The notes: a model not told the origin generated them from the letters alone. A stretch of 64,000 nt of DNA from Nostoc sp. (GCF_036919815.1 NZ_JBALCE010000051.1:4819-68818); one strand, 5' to 3'; positions 38,691 to 49,274 are shown, numbered from the stretch's first letter. Numbers and translations: made by a program.

Positions 38691-38876
38691 TAATCTACCT
38701 CTGGCAAAAATCGATATTATAAAAATGAATTCACGATTAACACAGATATTTATCTGTGTTAAAAAATAAATTCGGGATTTTTGCTAGATTTATAAATGTT
38801 ATCCCCACCTGCATTTGTGAACTTTTTATTACCACTAAAAATGTCTCACAACCACAAGTAAAGGAGATTAGGATTC

Positions 38877-39458
38877 ATGGCTTATTCATGGTTTAAAGCA
38901 TTTCATATTGTCGGATTTGTAGTTTGGTTCGCTGGTTTATTCTACTTAGTACGTCTTTTTATCTATCACGTTGAAGCTAACCTTGAACCTGAACCAGCGC
39001 GAACGATACTGAAAAATCAGTATCAAATTATGGAAAAGCGCCTCTACTATATCATCACTAATCCAGGAATGTTTGTGACGATCGCAATGGCTATCGGTTT
39101 ATTAAGCACTGAACCGGATATTTTAAAAGAGGGTTGGTTGCATATCAAACTGCTGTTTGTTGCTATTCTAATTGGTTATCATCATTACTGCGCTCGGTTA
39201 ATGAAGAAATTAGCAGTAGATGAATGTGGCTGGAATAGTCAGCAATTACGCGCTTTAAATGAAGCACCCACAGTTATGTTAGTAGCGATCGTGTTGCTAG
39301 CTGTGTTTAAGAATAATCTACCTACGGATATCGCTGTCTGGGGTATTTTTGCGATGATTATTTTCATGGCAGTAACTATTCAACTTTACGCCAAAAAACG
39401 CAGGCAAGATAAAGAGAAGCTGACGGCAGAGATAGGGCAGCCACAAGAACAAAGTTAG
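38877..39458 (+). CDS. hemJ: Protoporphyrinogen IX oxidase, HemJ type
   Basis: MAYSWFKAFHIVGFVVWFAGLFYLVRLFIYHVEA and a 4-5 TM topology match the HemJ (slr1790) family. Confidence 0.7.
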   Translation: MAYSWFKAFHIVGFVVWFAGLFYLVRLFIYHVEANLEPEPARTILKNQYQIMEKRLYYIITNPGMFVTIAMAIGLLSTEPDILKEGWLHIKLLFVAILIGYHHYCARLMKKLAVDECGWNSQQLRALNEAPTVMLVAIVLLAVFKNNLPTDIAVWGIFAMIIFMAVTIQLYAKKRRQDKEKLTAEIGQPQEQS

Positions 39459-39600
39459 ATTAACACAAAGTAGGGTAGCAGATATGTGCTACTCTACTAA
39501 ACATCGCATCATAACAACAACCGCTACCAATTGCCTATTACCGAAACAGTGCTGAGTGTGAAGATTCATAAGTACTACTTCTTACTCACCACTTCTGAAC

Positions 39601-40509
39601 TTATCTTGGAAACGTTTTGAGTAAATCATCCCCAGGAATCACGCTAGTATAGAAAACATATTTGCGATTAGCGACATAACGGCGGTCTTGTTTAATAATC
39701 GCCATAAACTCTCTATGTCCGTCACGAGTACGTCCGACTAAACAGCCCGCACTGGCAAGGCGAATATCATTCCGGGGAAAATCAAAGCCGTAATGTTGAT
39801 TCACATAAAAATTATCACCTGTATCAAGTTTGTCGCCAGTCCGTTTAAAATCTTTGTTGAAATCTCTACAAACAGTTATATCCCCAACTTGCACTAATGC
39901 TTCATGAGGCTCTGCTGTGCCGTGGATGCCAACAGCCCAAGCTTTGTATTGTCCAAACTGAATTCTGGCTGCTCCTTTAGGATTCATCGAATTATAAGTG
40001 TAGTATTTCCCTGGTTCTGTAGTAGCTTCCCAGTCTTCTACAATTTTAGGAACGCCATTTACTACTTCAATCACAATCCGGCGATCGTTAAATTCATTCG
40101 GTGCATCATTGTTGAGAGTCCAGTCTGCATTTATACCCTCTACATAAACAATATTGTATTCTTTTTGATTGGTGAATACCTGATAATTTTTAGATTGCAA
40201 GTATTTCACAATCCTACTGGCAATGTCATTACCAAGTTTTAAGGGGGGTTTAGGAAGATCATCTGGTTTGGTTTCAATCAGTTTCTTGGCTGTGATTGCT
40301 CCTAAAAAGTCAGTCTCTCCAGTCTTTGCTAATTCTTGAAATTTTTTGAGAGATATCACAGAAACAGGGCCAAATTTCCCATCGGCTGGAGGTTCTAGCA
40401 AATCTAAGTTGATTAACAATATCTGAATCTGACGAGCCAAGTCTGCGTCATCAGCGATCGCATCAAATCCCCATTTTTCCTCTTTTACCAAGAAATCTTG
40501 TAGTTTCAT
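39601..40509 (-). CDS. Peptidoglycan-binding-domain protein with a C-terminal domain bearing an SxGC motif
   Basis: The N-terminal PG_binding_1-like segment is DGKFGPVSVISLKKFQE. The C-terminal IHGT...ASAGCLVGR is reminiscent of YkuD L,D-transpeptidase catalytic motifs. This is tentative. Confidence 0.45.
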   Translation of the reverse strand: MKLQDFLVKEEKWGFDAIADDADLARQIQILLINLDLLEPPADGKFGPVSVISLKKFQELAKTGETDFLGAITAKKLIETKPDDLPKPPLKLGNDIASRIVKYLQSKNYQVFTNQKEYNIVYVEGINADWTLNNDAPNEFNDRRIVIEVVNGVPKIVEDWEATTEPGKYYTYNSMNPKGAARIQFGQYKAWAVGIHGTAEPHEALVQVGDITVCRDFNKDFKRTGDKLDTGDNFYVNQHYGFDFPRNDIRLASAGCLVGRTRDGHREFMAIIKQDRRYVANRKYVFYTSVIPGDDLLKTFPR

Positions 40510-40909
40510 TATGCACCTACCTTCATTTACTTACTTCTAAGTATAAACATCATTTAAAAAATTGATGTTGTCTGAAACTATACTATTGCCTGAAATATGA
40601 TGTCACAATTTTTACTATTAATTTATGATTCAGCACACAAAAATTCACAGATATTATACTGAATAAAAAACTATTTATTGGCAATATATATTAAATTTTT
40701 TTCCGTAATATGGTTTGAGTTCAGAGGTTGAATGGTGAACGATTTTGTAGGGGCGCAGGAGTCTGCGATGATGTCTAAGGGCGGGCTAGGCAAACGCACA
40801 TTGCCTCAATCCAATCCTTAATACAGGCTAAATTATTAATTAGCTCAATTTCTCTGCTGCGCGTCCAAGCAGCAAATCTTTGTCAGGCATCGCCTCTGTA
40901 AAACCCGAA

Positions 40910-43900
40910 ATGACTAACGAAGAACTGCTGGAAATTATTGAACAAGCTGCTAGAGACAAGGCGGCAACATTAGTCCTTTATGCCGAAGGCTTAACAACCC
41001 TGCCAGCAGAGATTGGTCAACTCATAAACCTCAATACGCTTTACCTCTACTCGAGTCAACTAACGATACTGCCAGCAGAGATTGGTCAACTCTCCAACCT
41101 CAGTAAGCTTTACCTCAGCAACAATCAACTGACGACGCTGCCAGCAGAGATTGGTGAGTTGACCAATCTCAACGTGCTTTATCTTGGCAGCAATAAATTA
41201 ACGACGCTGCCAGGGGAGATTGGTAAACTCTCCAACCTCAGTAAGCTTGACCTCAGCTATAATCAACTGACGATGCTGCCAGTGGAGATTGGTCAACTCT
41301 CTAACCTCGACTGGCTTGTAATATCGGACAATCAACTAACGACACTGCCAATAGAGATTGGTCAACTCTCCAATCTCAGCAACCTTAACCTCAACAACAA
41401 TCAACTGACGACCCTGCCAGCAGAAATTGGTCAACTCTCCAACCTCAGAGAGGTTCACCTCCACTCAAATCAACTTACGACGTTGCCAGCAGAGATTGGT
41501 CAACTCTCCAATCTCATCTACCTTGACCTCAGTAATAATCAACTGACGACCCTGCTAGTGGAGATTGGTCAACTCTCTAACCTCGACTGGCTTTTAATAT
41601 CGGACAATCAACTAACGACATTGCCAATAGAGATTGGTCAACTCTCCAATCTCAGCAACCTTAACCTCAACAACAATCAACTGACGACCCTGCCAGCAGA
41701 AATTGGTCAACTCTCCAACCTCAGAGAGGTTCACCTCCACTCAAATCAACTTACGACGTTGCCAGCAGAGATTGGTCAACTCTCCAATCTCATCTACCTT
41801 GACCTCAGTAATAATCAACTGACGACGCTACCAACAGAAATTGGTCAACTCATCAAACTCAGTGCGCTTTACCTCAGTAATAATCAACTGATGATACTGC
41901 TAGCAGAAATTGGTCAACTCATCAAACTCAGTGCGCTTGACCTCAGTAACAATCAACTGACAACACTGCCAGCAGAAATTGGTCAACTCTCCAATCTCAA
42001 CTGGCTTCACCTCAGCAACAATCAACTGACGACACTCCTAGCAGAGATTAGTCAACTCACTAACATCAGTGAGCTTGATCTCAACAACAATCCACTGACG
42101 ATGCTACCAGCAGAAATTGGTCAACTTACTAAATTAGAAGAACTCAAGCTCAGTTATAGTAGACTAGAAACTTTGCCTGTAGAAATATGGAAACTCACCA
42201 ACTTGACTCTACTTGACCTACGTGATGGACGAATAAAAATACTGCCTGATGGAATTGAGCAGCTTTTTGAACTGAGCAGGTTAAACCTTCGCAACAACCT
42301 TCTAGACACAGTACCTAAGGAAATCTGGAAACTCACCAAGCTTAAAAGATTAGACCTAAGAGGCAACAAACTTCCTATTCCACCTGAAATTTTAGGAGTG
42401 GCGGATCTTCGGAGAAATCCTGGCGATCCATCTACGATTCTCAATTATTTTTTCCAACTTCAGAAAGAAGAAAAAAAACCTCTCAATGAAGCCAAAATGC
42501 TACTAGTTGGTCAGGGTAGTGTTGGTAAAACCTCTCTTGTTAAACGGCTAATCGATAACTGCTACAATCCCCACGAAGGCAAGAGGGAAGGCATCAATAT
42601 TAGAAACTGGCAGATTCCTGTCAACGATCAGTTAATCCGGCTCAACGTGTGGGACTTTGGTGGACAAGAAATCATGCACGCCACCCACCAGTTCTTTCTG
42701 ACTAAACGCAGCCTTTATTTGCTAGTGCTTGATTCTCGCTTAGATGAACTGCAAAACAAACTAGAATACTGGCTGAAGATTATCCAGAGTTTTAGCAACG
42801 ATTCCCCTATTTTGATCGTTGGCAACAAAATTGACCAACATCCCCTCGACATCGATCAGCGCGGTTTGTGCCAGAAATACTCCGCTATTAAAGGCATCAT
42901 GCCTATATCCTGTCAGACTGGGGAAGGTCTAGAGCAATTGCACTCAGCTATTACTAACCAAATTGCCAACTTAGATCACATCCACGATCCATTATCCCAA
43001 AGCTGGTTCCAGGTCAAAACCCGCTTGGAACAAATGGAACAAGACTATATCCCCTATAGTGAATACGAAAGCCTATCCCATGAGGAGCAGGTTAGTGATC
43101 CATTAAGTCAAACTACACTGATTGAACTTTTGCATCAACTTGGTATTGTTCTAAATTTCAGGGATGATCCGCGTTTGGCAGAAATGGGAGTTTTAAATCC
43201 AGAATGGGTCACAAATGGAGTTTACAAGATTCTCAACGATAATCGGCTGATGACTGAATTTCGGGGTATTCTTGATCGCACTCAACTTAACCGGATTCTG
43301 GATAACTCCCGCTATCCTGGCAATAAGCCATTATTCATTGTGGATATGATGCGGAAGTTTGAACTCTGCTTTCCACTAGAAGATGGCAACGGCGATCGCT
43401 TCCTGATCCCTGACTTATTGCCTAAAGAAGAACCCGCCACAGGGGATTGGGAAAGTGGTTTGGCATTCCAGTATCATTACAGCGTCCTCCCCAACAGTAT
43501 CATCTCTCGCTTTATTGTACGGATGCACCACCACAGCGATCGCCAGACTTGGTGGCGTAGTGGCATCGTTCTCAAACATCGTGGTAATCGGGCACTTGTC
43601 AAAAGCGATCAGGAAGACCGCAAAATCTTCATCATGATCAGCGGCTCATCCTCCACTCGACGAGAATTGCTAGCAATGATCCGTTCTCAGTTTTATGCCA
43701 TCCACCAAACTATTAAAGGGTTACTACCAGAAGAAAAAGTACCGATTCCGGGACACCCCAATATTGTTGTGGACTACGAAAACCTGCTCGTTTATGAAGA
43801 GAAGAACTTACCTATCATTCCTCCAGGTTTGATAGAACCATTCAATGCTCAACAACTGCTTGACGGCATCGAACTCAAAAAAGAACGACAGGAACGACAA

Positions 43901-43987
43901 CGTGAACAGGATCAAGAAGAAAATTGCGTGGTAAATCGTTTACCTACACCAGAATTCGAGAAGGAAATTTTTCTCTCTTATGCTTAG
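40910..43987 (+). CDS. ROCO protein: ~20 leucine-rich repeats, Roc GTPase, COR domain; ends at a TAG inside the first strand of a TIR domain
   Basis: 23-aa LRR units LxxLPxEIGQLxNLxxLxLxxNQLTT. Roc P-loop GQGSVGKTS (42509-42535), DFGGQE and GNKID. The COR-like region follows. The terminal residues are KEIFLSYA. Confidence 0.8.
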   Translation: MTNEELLEIIEQAARDKAATLVLYAEGLTTLPAEIGQLINLNTLYLYSSQLTILPAEIGQLSNLSKLYLSNNQLTTLPAEIGELTNLNVLYLGSNKLTTLPGEIGKLSNLSKLDLSYNQLTMLPVEIGQLSNLDWLVISDNQLTTLPIEIGQLSNLSNLNLNNNQLTTLPAEIGQLSNLREVHLHSNQLTTLPAEIGQLSNLIYLDLSNNQLTTLLVEIGQLSNLDWLLISDNQLTTLPIEIGQLSNLSNLNLNNNQLTTLPAEIGQLSNLREVHLHSNQLTTLPAEIGQLSNLIYLDLSNNQLTTLPTEIGQLIKLSALYLSNNQLMILLAEIGQLIKLSALDLSNNQLTTLPAEIGQLSNLNWLHLSNNQLTTLLAEISQLTNISELDLNNNPLTMLPAEIGQLTKLEELKLSYSRLETLPVEIWKLTNLTLLDLRDGRIKILPDGIEQLFELSRLNLRNNLLDTVPKEIWKLTKLKRLDLRGNKLPIPPEILGVADLRRNPGDPSTILNYFFQLQKEEKKPLNEAKMLLVGQGSVGKTSLVKRLIDNCYNPHEGKREGINIRNWQIPVNDQLIRLNVWDFGGQEIMHATHQFFLTKRSLYLLVLDSRLDELQNKLEYWLKIIQSFSNDSPILIVGNKIDQHPLDIDQRGLCQKYSAIKGIMPISCQTGEGLEQLHSAITNQIANLDHIHDPLSQSWFQVKTRLEQMEQDYIPYSEYESLSHEEQVSDPLSQTTLIELLHQLGIVLNFRDDPRLAEMGVLNPEWVTNGVYKILNDNRLMTEFRGILDRTQLNRILDNSRYPGNKPLFIVDMMRKFELCFPLEDGNGDRFLIPDLLPKEEPATGDWESGLAFQYHYSVLPNSIISRFIVRMHHHSDRQTWWRSGIVLKHRGNRALVKSDQEDRKIFIMISGSSSTRRELLAMIRSQFYAIHQTIKGLLPEEKVPIPGHPNIVVDYENLLVYEEKNLPIIPPGLIEPFNAQQLLDGIELKKERQERQREQDQEENCVVNRLPTPEFEKEIFLSYA
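41281..41832 (+). repeat. Near-perfect tandem duplication of a 276-bp (four-LRR) block
   Basis: 41281-41556 and 41557-41832 differ at only a few positions (e.g. cttgtaatat vs cttttaatat). 276 nt = 4 x 69 nt. Confidence 0.9.
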
Positions 43988-44536
43988 GGTGGAGAAAGTG
44001 AGCAATTTGTCAATCAACTGGATGAGATTTTGCAGGCAAAAGGAATCAAAATCATCCGCGATAAACGCGATTTGGGCTACAAAAGACTAATTAAAGCCTT
44101 CATGGAACGGATTGGACGCGGTAAATGTGCGTTAGCGTAGCTCGTCGTAGACATCGCAGTTATTAGTGACAAGTATTTAAAATTTCCCAATTGTATGTTT
44201 GAGCTAGTGCAAATTGCTAAAAACGGAGAATTTTATGATCGAATTTTCCCTATTGTGTTAGCAGATGCAAAAATATATGATCCTGTTGATCGTGCAGATT
44301 ATGTAATCCATTGGGAAGCAGAAATTCAAAAACTAGAAACAAAAATCAAACTATTGTCTTCTTCTGCAAACGTGCCAAGCTTAACAAGGTCAATCAACGA
44401 ATATACAGAAATTAGAGCCACCATTGATGAACTGGCGGATATCCTTCAAAATATGAACACGCTTACCCCTGAGATCCACAGTGAATCAGACTTTGAGCCA
44501 TTGCTGAATGCGATCGCACACCGTTTAGATGAGTAA
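43988..44536 (+). pseudogene. TIR domain in frame with the ROCO gene, separated by TAG 43985-43987 and containing a second TAG at 44138-44140
   Basis: Same frame as 40910-43987. It reads GGESEQFVNQLDEILQAKGIKIIRDKRDLGY...GRGKC[ALA*LVVDIA]VISDKYLKFPNCMFELVQIAK. The bracketed part lies in a 29-nt repeat-like insert (44129-44157). Confidence 0.65.
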
Positions 44537-44645
44537 AATTAAATTATTGGTGAGGTTGACAGGTAGAAACATCGCCTTTTGAGGTCAAGCGATGTCTCTA
44601 CGCCTACACACTTTTTACTTGATTTGCGGATGGGCATCTTGTCCA

Positions 44646-46364
44646 TCACAACAAACTAAGGTTAGGCGTAGCTATACTTTTAGTCTGGTAAGCATTTTTG
44701 ACACCAACCCAATTACTAGCAATTGGCATTCGCCAACCAGTTCCAAAAGCGCGATCGGTGATTTTTAAACCGGGGGGTGCTTGTCGCCGTTTAAATTCAG
44801 CCCGCGCCACCATTTGGATTACTCGGTCTACAATTACCGGATCGTGACCTGCTGCAACAATTTGCGTTGCTGATTGATGATTATTAATCAGGCGTTGCAA
44901 AATATCGTCCAAAATTTCGTAAGGCGGTAGAGAGTCTTGATCAACTTGACCTGGTTTGAGTTCGGCGCTGGGTGGTTTAGTTAGGACGTTTTGCGGGATG
45001 ATTTCATTATTGCGATTTAACCAGTGGCAAACTGAATAAACACGGGTTTTAGGAACATCTGCAATTACCGCTAATCCGCCATTCATATCGCCGTAGAGGG
45101 TACAGTAACCGACAGCCATTTCTGACTTGTTACCAGTAGATAAAAGGAGATAGCCAAATTTATTAGCGATCGCCATTAATAAATTACCGCGAATCCGAGA
45201 TTGTATATTCTCTTCTGCCAGTCCAAACTCTGTACCTGCAAACAAATCCCCTAAAGTTTGATCAAAGCCTTGCATTAACTCCCCAATTGGTAAAAGATTA
45301 GTCTTAATCCCCAAATTTTCGGCTAATGCCTCAGCATCACTAATGGAATGCTCAGAACTGTAAGGGGAAGGCATGAGAACACCCAGGACATTTTCTTTAC
45401 CAAGTGCCGCAGCTGCGATCGCAGCTACTATTGCAGAGTCAATCCCACCACTTAAACCCAACACTACTTTAGAAAAGCGACATTTACGAGCGTAATCTCG
45501 GACTCCTAAAACCAAAGCTTGCCAAATTTCTTCATCTTCCGATTCATACACAGGTGCTATAGAACCCAGATGCAAATCTCGTTGCGTCTCATCAAATTCA
45601 ACTACCACTAAATCTGTGTCAAAGCCACGGGCGCGACAGATAATTTCACCTTGACGATTCAAGGCAAAACTACGCCCATCAAAAATTAGGTCATCATTTC
45701 CCCCAACCTGATTAGCATAAATAATCGGTTGTTGAAAACGCACTGCACTATACTTAAGAATGGTTTCTCGAAACTGCTGCTTGCTGAAACTGTAGGGCGA
45801 AGCAGACAAATTTACAATCAAATCTACACCGAGAATTGCTAAGTCAGCAATTGGATTCACTGTATAACTACGTTTGCCCCAAAATTCCTCATCGTTCCAT
45901 AAATCTTCGCAAATAGTTACGCCAATATGAATATTATCTAGAGTGAAATAATTAGCTTGCAATCCTGGTTCAAAATAGCGACGTTCATCAAATACATCGT
46001 AAGTAGGCAAAAGTCGCTTGTGAAAAAGTTGCTTTACCTTGCCATTCTCTAACAAAGCCATGCTATTAAATAAAGTTTTACCGCCAGTAATAGACGCTTC
46101 GAGGTTCTGTTCAACAGTTCCTACGAACACAGCTAAATTTGGTGGTAAATCTTGGGCTAACTTCTCTAAAGTCATGCCCATTGCTGACACAAAACTAGGA
46201 TTTAGTAATAAATCTCTTGGTGGATAGCCACACAAAGAAAGCTCTGGTGTCAACAACAAACGTACACCGCTAGATGCTGCTTGTTGTGCCGCCTCCAGGA
46301 TTTTTTGGGCATTTAAAAGCAAATCACCAATTGTCGGATTAATTTGAGCGATCGCTATTTTCAT
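44646..46364 (-). CDS. nadE: Glutamine-dependent NAD+ synthetase
   Basis: N-terminal CN-hydrolase domain (MKIAIAQINPTIGDL...TPELSLCGYPP...ICEDLW) plus NAD synthetase domain (VVLGLSGGIDSA). Confidence 0.9.
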   Translation of the reverse strand: MKIAIAQINPTIGDLLLNAQKILEAAQQAASSGVRLLLTPELSLCGYPPRDLLLNPSFVSAMGMTLEKLAQDLPPNLAVFVGTVEQNLEASITGGKTLFNSMALLENGKVKQLFHKRLLPTYDVFDERRYFEPGLQANYFTLDNIHIGVTICEDLWNDEEFWGKRSYTVNPIADLAILGVDLIVNLSASPYSFSKQQFRETILKYSAVRFQQPIIYANQVGGNDDLIFDGRSFALNRQGEIICRARGFDTDLVVVEFDETQRDLHLGSIAPVYESEDEEIWQALVLGVRDYARKCRFSKVVLGLSGGIDSAIVAAIAAAALGKENVLGVLMPSPYSSEHSISDAEALAENLGIKTNLLPIGELMQGFDQTLGDLFAGTEFGLAEENIQSRIRGNLLMAIANKFGYLLLSTGNKSEMAVGYCTLYGDMNGGLAVIADVPKTRVYSVCHWLNRNNEIIPQNVLTKPPSAELKPGQVDQDSLPPYEILDDILQRLINNHQSATQIVAAGHDPVIVDRVIQMVARAEFKRRQAPPGLKITDRAFGTGWRMPIASNWVGVKNAYQTKSIATPNLSLL

Positions 46365-46497
46365 TGTATTTAGTCATTAGTCATTGGTTATTGGTCACTT
46401 GTACTGAGCGTTGTCGTTGGCGCAGCCTCTCCTAGAGAAGTATTGGTCATTGGTAAATGCTCAAAATAACTTATTCTGGACTATGCGTAACAATTAC

Positions 46498-47244
46498 TTA
46501 AATAAACACCAAAGGTTTATCTTTTAAGGGAGCAAAAGCTTCAGCGTCAAACTTATACAAACTAGCTGGACGACCGGCTCCCCGTGATACCTTAATTCCG
46601 GTATCGCATAAAAAACCTAACTTGAGTAGACGCGCCCGAAAATTAGAATAATCGGAAAAATTGTCACCTAAAACTGTGGCGTATAACTGATATAAATCAT
46701 TCAAGGTGAACATTTCTGGCAAGACTTCAAAAGCCACCGGACTATACTCTAATTTATTTCGCAACCGCCTGTGTCCATAGGCCAGAATTTCATTATGGTC
46801 AAAAGCTAATTGCGGCACTTCTTTTACCGGATACCAAGCTATACCAGTCATGCGATCGGCAATCAATTCGGCTTCCTCAAATCGCACTAAAGCAAAGTAA
46901 CTAACTGATAGATAACGTACATTATAACTATCGGTTGCTTCCCGTGGATCGCGATTCGGCCCGCCAAAGGTATACAGTTGTTCTAAATAGAGATTGTTGA
47001 CCTTAATTTTCTCTGCCATAATGCGATAGGCGGCATCTTCTAAAGACTCTCCTGGACGCACCAAAGTACCGGGAAGACTCCAATGATTTAAAAATGGTTC
47101 TTGCTGTCGCATTACTAGTAGAACTAACAACCGATTTTGGGCAGTATCTACAGAAAAAATTACATTATCAACACCAACCTTGAAATCGGCCAAAGGTTGT
47201 TGGTTTAGCGGAGTTGGTATCTTTTTTGGGAAATGTCCTGGCAT
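46498..47244 (-). CDS. nrtR: NrtR-family Nudix-related transcriptional regulator of NAD metabolism
   Basis: Degenerate Nudix box GTLVRPGESLEDAAYRIMAEKIKV. C-terminal winged-helix segment FTLNDLYQLYATVLG...NFRARLLKLGFL...GRPASLYKF. It lies inside an NAD operon and overlaps the end of nadD by 40 nt. Confidence 0.65.
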   Translation of the reverse strand: MPGHFPKKIPTPLNQQPLADFKVGVDNVIFSVDTAQNRLLVLLVMRQQEPFLNHWSLPGTLVRPGESLEDAAYRIMAEKIKVNNLYLEQLYTFGGPNRDPREATDSYNVRYLSVSYFALVRFEEAELIADRMTGIAWYPVKEVPQLAFDHNEILAYGHRRLRNKLEYSPVAFEVLPEMFTLNDLYQLYATVLGDNFSDYSNFRARLLKLGFLCDTGIKVSRGAGRPASLYKFDAEAFAPLKDKPLVFI

Positions 47245-47807
47245 TCGTACAAATGCTCTCGATTAATATAGGCAATTACAGGGGCTGTGAGGGCTTCAGA
47301 ATCTCCATGTTCGCGGTAGGCTGTTGAGGAAACATCTAGACCGGTCAGACTAGCGATCGCAATCTTCCCTCCCAACTTCTGCACTACCTCTGAACTAGAC
47401 TCATCTATTGCATATCCGGGTCGCGGCACGATCAGTAGTTGCACTTCTTGTAACAAATCTTCAATGCGATACCAACGTGGTAGCTGATTGAGTAAATCTG
47501 AACCAATAATCAACGTCAATTCAGCGTCCTCACCCCAAGTAAGCTTCGCTTTTTCCACTGTTTCCAGTGTTCTGAAGCTACTCAATTCTTGTTCCAAAGC
47601 AATATTATGCCGTGGCGAATCTATATCCGCAATCAACAGTTGCAGCATTGCCGCCCGATGCTCTAAGGGTGTTTGATGGGACTTAAATGGATTATCTGCT
47701 GCCCAAACCGCTACCCAATCATAACGCTCAGACAACCAACTCAGAATTTTTTGATGTCCAGCAGTTGGTGGATCGGCACTAGTACCAAACAAAGCAATTC
47801 TCATCAT
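47205..47807 (-). CDS. nadD: Nicotinate-nucleotide adenylyltransferase
   Basis: RIALFGTSADPPTAGHQKIL is a (T/H)xGH nucleotidyltransferase motif. The start codon lies 1 nt after the pncB stop codon. Confidence 0.75.
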   Translation of the reverse strand: MMRIALFGTSADPPTAGHQKILSWLSERYDWVAVWAADNPFKSHQTPLEHRAAMLQLLIADIDSPRHNIALEQELSSFRTLETVEKAKLTWGEDAELTLIIGSDLLNQLPRWYRIEDLLQEVQLLIVPRPGYAIDESSSEVVQKLGGKIAIASLTGLDVSSTAYREHGDSEALTAPVIAYINREHLYECQDISQKRYQLR

Positions 47808-47808
47808 C

Positions 47809-49218
47809 TTACTTTGCGTCCTTGGCGGTTCGTTTTTTAGTTTCTTCAGTCAATACTCGTAACTGTTCAGAAATCTCCACCTCTACAGCTACAGGATGAT
47901 CCAAACGCCGTGTCTGTTCTGGCAAACTGGCAACTGAGGCGGCGGTACGCTGACGAATTGTTGCCAAAGTCTCTAACGGCTGCACCCGTTGACCCTCCTG
48001 CATTACCAATTGCAACAAAGGTTCTTCTTCCAGAGGAATTTCATCTAAAAGTCCCAACCTGTCTGCTTTTACCTTACCTCCGGTAAACGAGCGAAAAATC
48101 TGCTTGCGCCCTGGATAAGTAACCTTACCACTCGACTGTTTCATCACTGGGATGCCATCAATGTCCACGAGTTTATAAACTCCATTTACAGGCGAACCCG
48201 TAACTAATCGCGTTCCCAATCCGTAACCATCAATCTCGGCCCCAGCAGCTTTTAATCTGGCAATTTCCCACTCATCTAAGTCGCCACTAGCAAAAATTGG
48301 CACACCGGGAAGGAGCGATCGCACCTGTTTTGATAAGGTAACTAAATCTCCTGAGTCCAATCTCACTCCTGTTAATTCCATTTCCCCGGAATTTACTTTT
48401 TGGGCTAATCGCTGGGCAGCAGCAATGGTATCGTAAGTATCAATCAGCAATGGCGCACCCGGAAAATATCGATGAAATGCACTAAAAGCTTGTTCCTCAG
48501 TGCCTTCTATTGCTGACAACGCCATAACCAGGGCGTGTGCCATTGTACCACTTGGCTTTTGTCCCAGTTGTAGCGCTGCTAACACATTGGAAGTGGAATC
48601 TAGCCCACCTGCCAACGCCGCCCGCGCCGCCCACAAGGAAGCCTGGGGACTAAATGCTCGTCGTGTCCCAAATTCTAAAAGTGTTGCTTTCTCCCCCGCT
48701 ACATCCCGCAACCGTGCTGCTTTTGTGGCAATCAAAGTTTGGTAATTAATCGTATTTAGCAGGTAAGTTTCCACTAGTTGCGCTTGCCAAAGAGGTGCTT
48801 CCACCCGCAACAGTGGTTGATTGGCAAAGACGGCTGTCCCCTCGGGTACTGCCCAAACATCACCTGTAAACTTTCCCTGGGCTAAAAGTGACCAAAAGCG
48901 ATCGCTTGCTTGAGCAAAAATTCCCGTTGCCTGTAATGCCGCAATTTGCGAAGGATTAAAGCGAAATTTGGCTAAATATTCCAATGCCTGCGTCAGCCCC
49001 ATTGCAATTAAATAACCAAAACCCTCTGGTAATCGCCTCACAGACAACTCAAAGCTTGCCCGTCTTTGTTCTATACCTTCGCCTGTGTAACAAGCTGCCA
49101 TCGTCAACTGATAAAGATCCGTCAGTAAGCTGTAATCATCTCCAGAGAGGTTTAGTTCCTGGTTTTGCTGGCTTTGCTGTTTATGTACATAATCCAAATC
49201 TGGCAAAAGAGTTGTCAT
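47809..49218 (-). CDS. pncB: Nicotinate phosphoribosyltransferase
   Basis: LLTDLYQLTMAACY..., EFGTRRA and GTMAHALV are motifs of the NAPRTase family. Confidence 0.8.
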   Translation of the reverse strand: MTTLLPDLDYVHKQQSQQNQELNLSGDDYSLLTDLYQLTMAACYTGEGIEQRRASFELSVRRLPEGFGYLIAMGLTQALEYLAKFRFNPSQIAALQATGIFAQASDRFWSLLAQGKFTGDVWAVPEGTAVFANQPLLRVEAPLWQAQLVETYLLNTINYQTLIATKAARLRDVAGEKATLLEFGTRRAFSPQASLWAARAALAGGLDSTSNVLAALQLGQKPSGTMAHALVMALSAIEGTEEQAFSAFHRYFPGAPLLIDTYDTIAAAQRLAQKVNSGEMELTGVRLDSGDLVTLSKQVRSLLPGVPIFASGDLDEWEIARLKAAGAEIDGYGLGTRLVTGSPVNGVYKLVDIDGIPVMKQSSGKVTYPGRKQIFRSFTGGKVKADRLGLLDEIPLEEEPLLQLVMQEGQRVQPLETLATIRQRTAASVASLPEQTRRLDHPVAVEVEISEQLRVLTEETKKRTAKDAK

Positions 49219-49247
49219 TCAAGAGCTACCTTACAAGATGCCTCTGC

Positions 49248-49274
49248 TATTTATGGTAATATCTACCATAAATA
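49248..49274. promoter_or_regulatory. Perfect 11+5+11 palindrome upstream of pncB; candidate NrtR operator
   Basis: tatttatggta atatc taccataaata lies 30 nt upstream of the pncB ATG (49218). Confidence 0.45.

Noticed and set aside
43985-44140. Whether the two TAG codons in the TIR region are recoded (amber suppression or pyrrolysine-type) rather than inactivating.
   Set aside because: There is no evidence for such machinery in cyanobacteria. One TAG lies inside an obviously inserted repeat, and ordinary genes in the window terminate with TAG.
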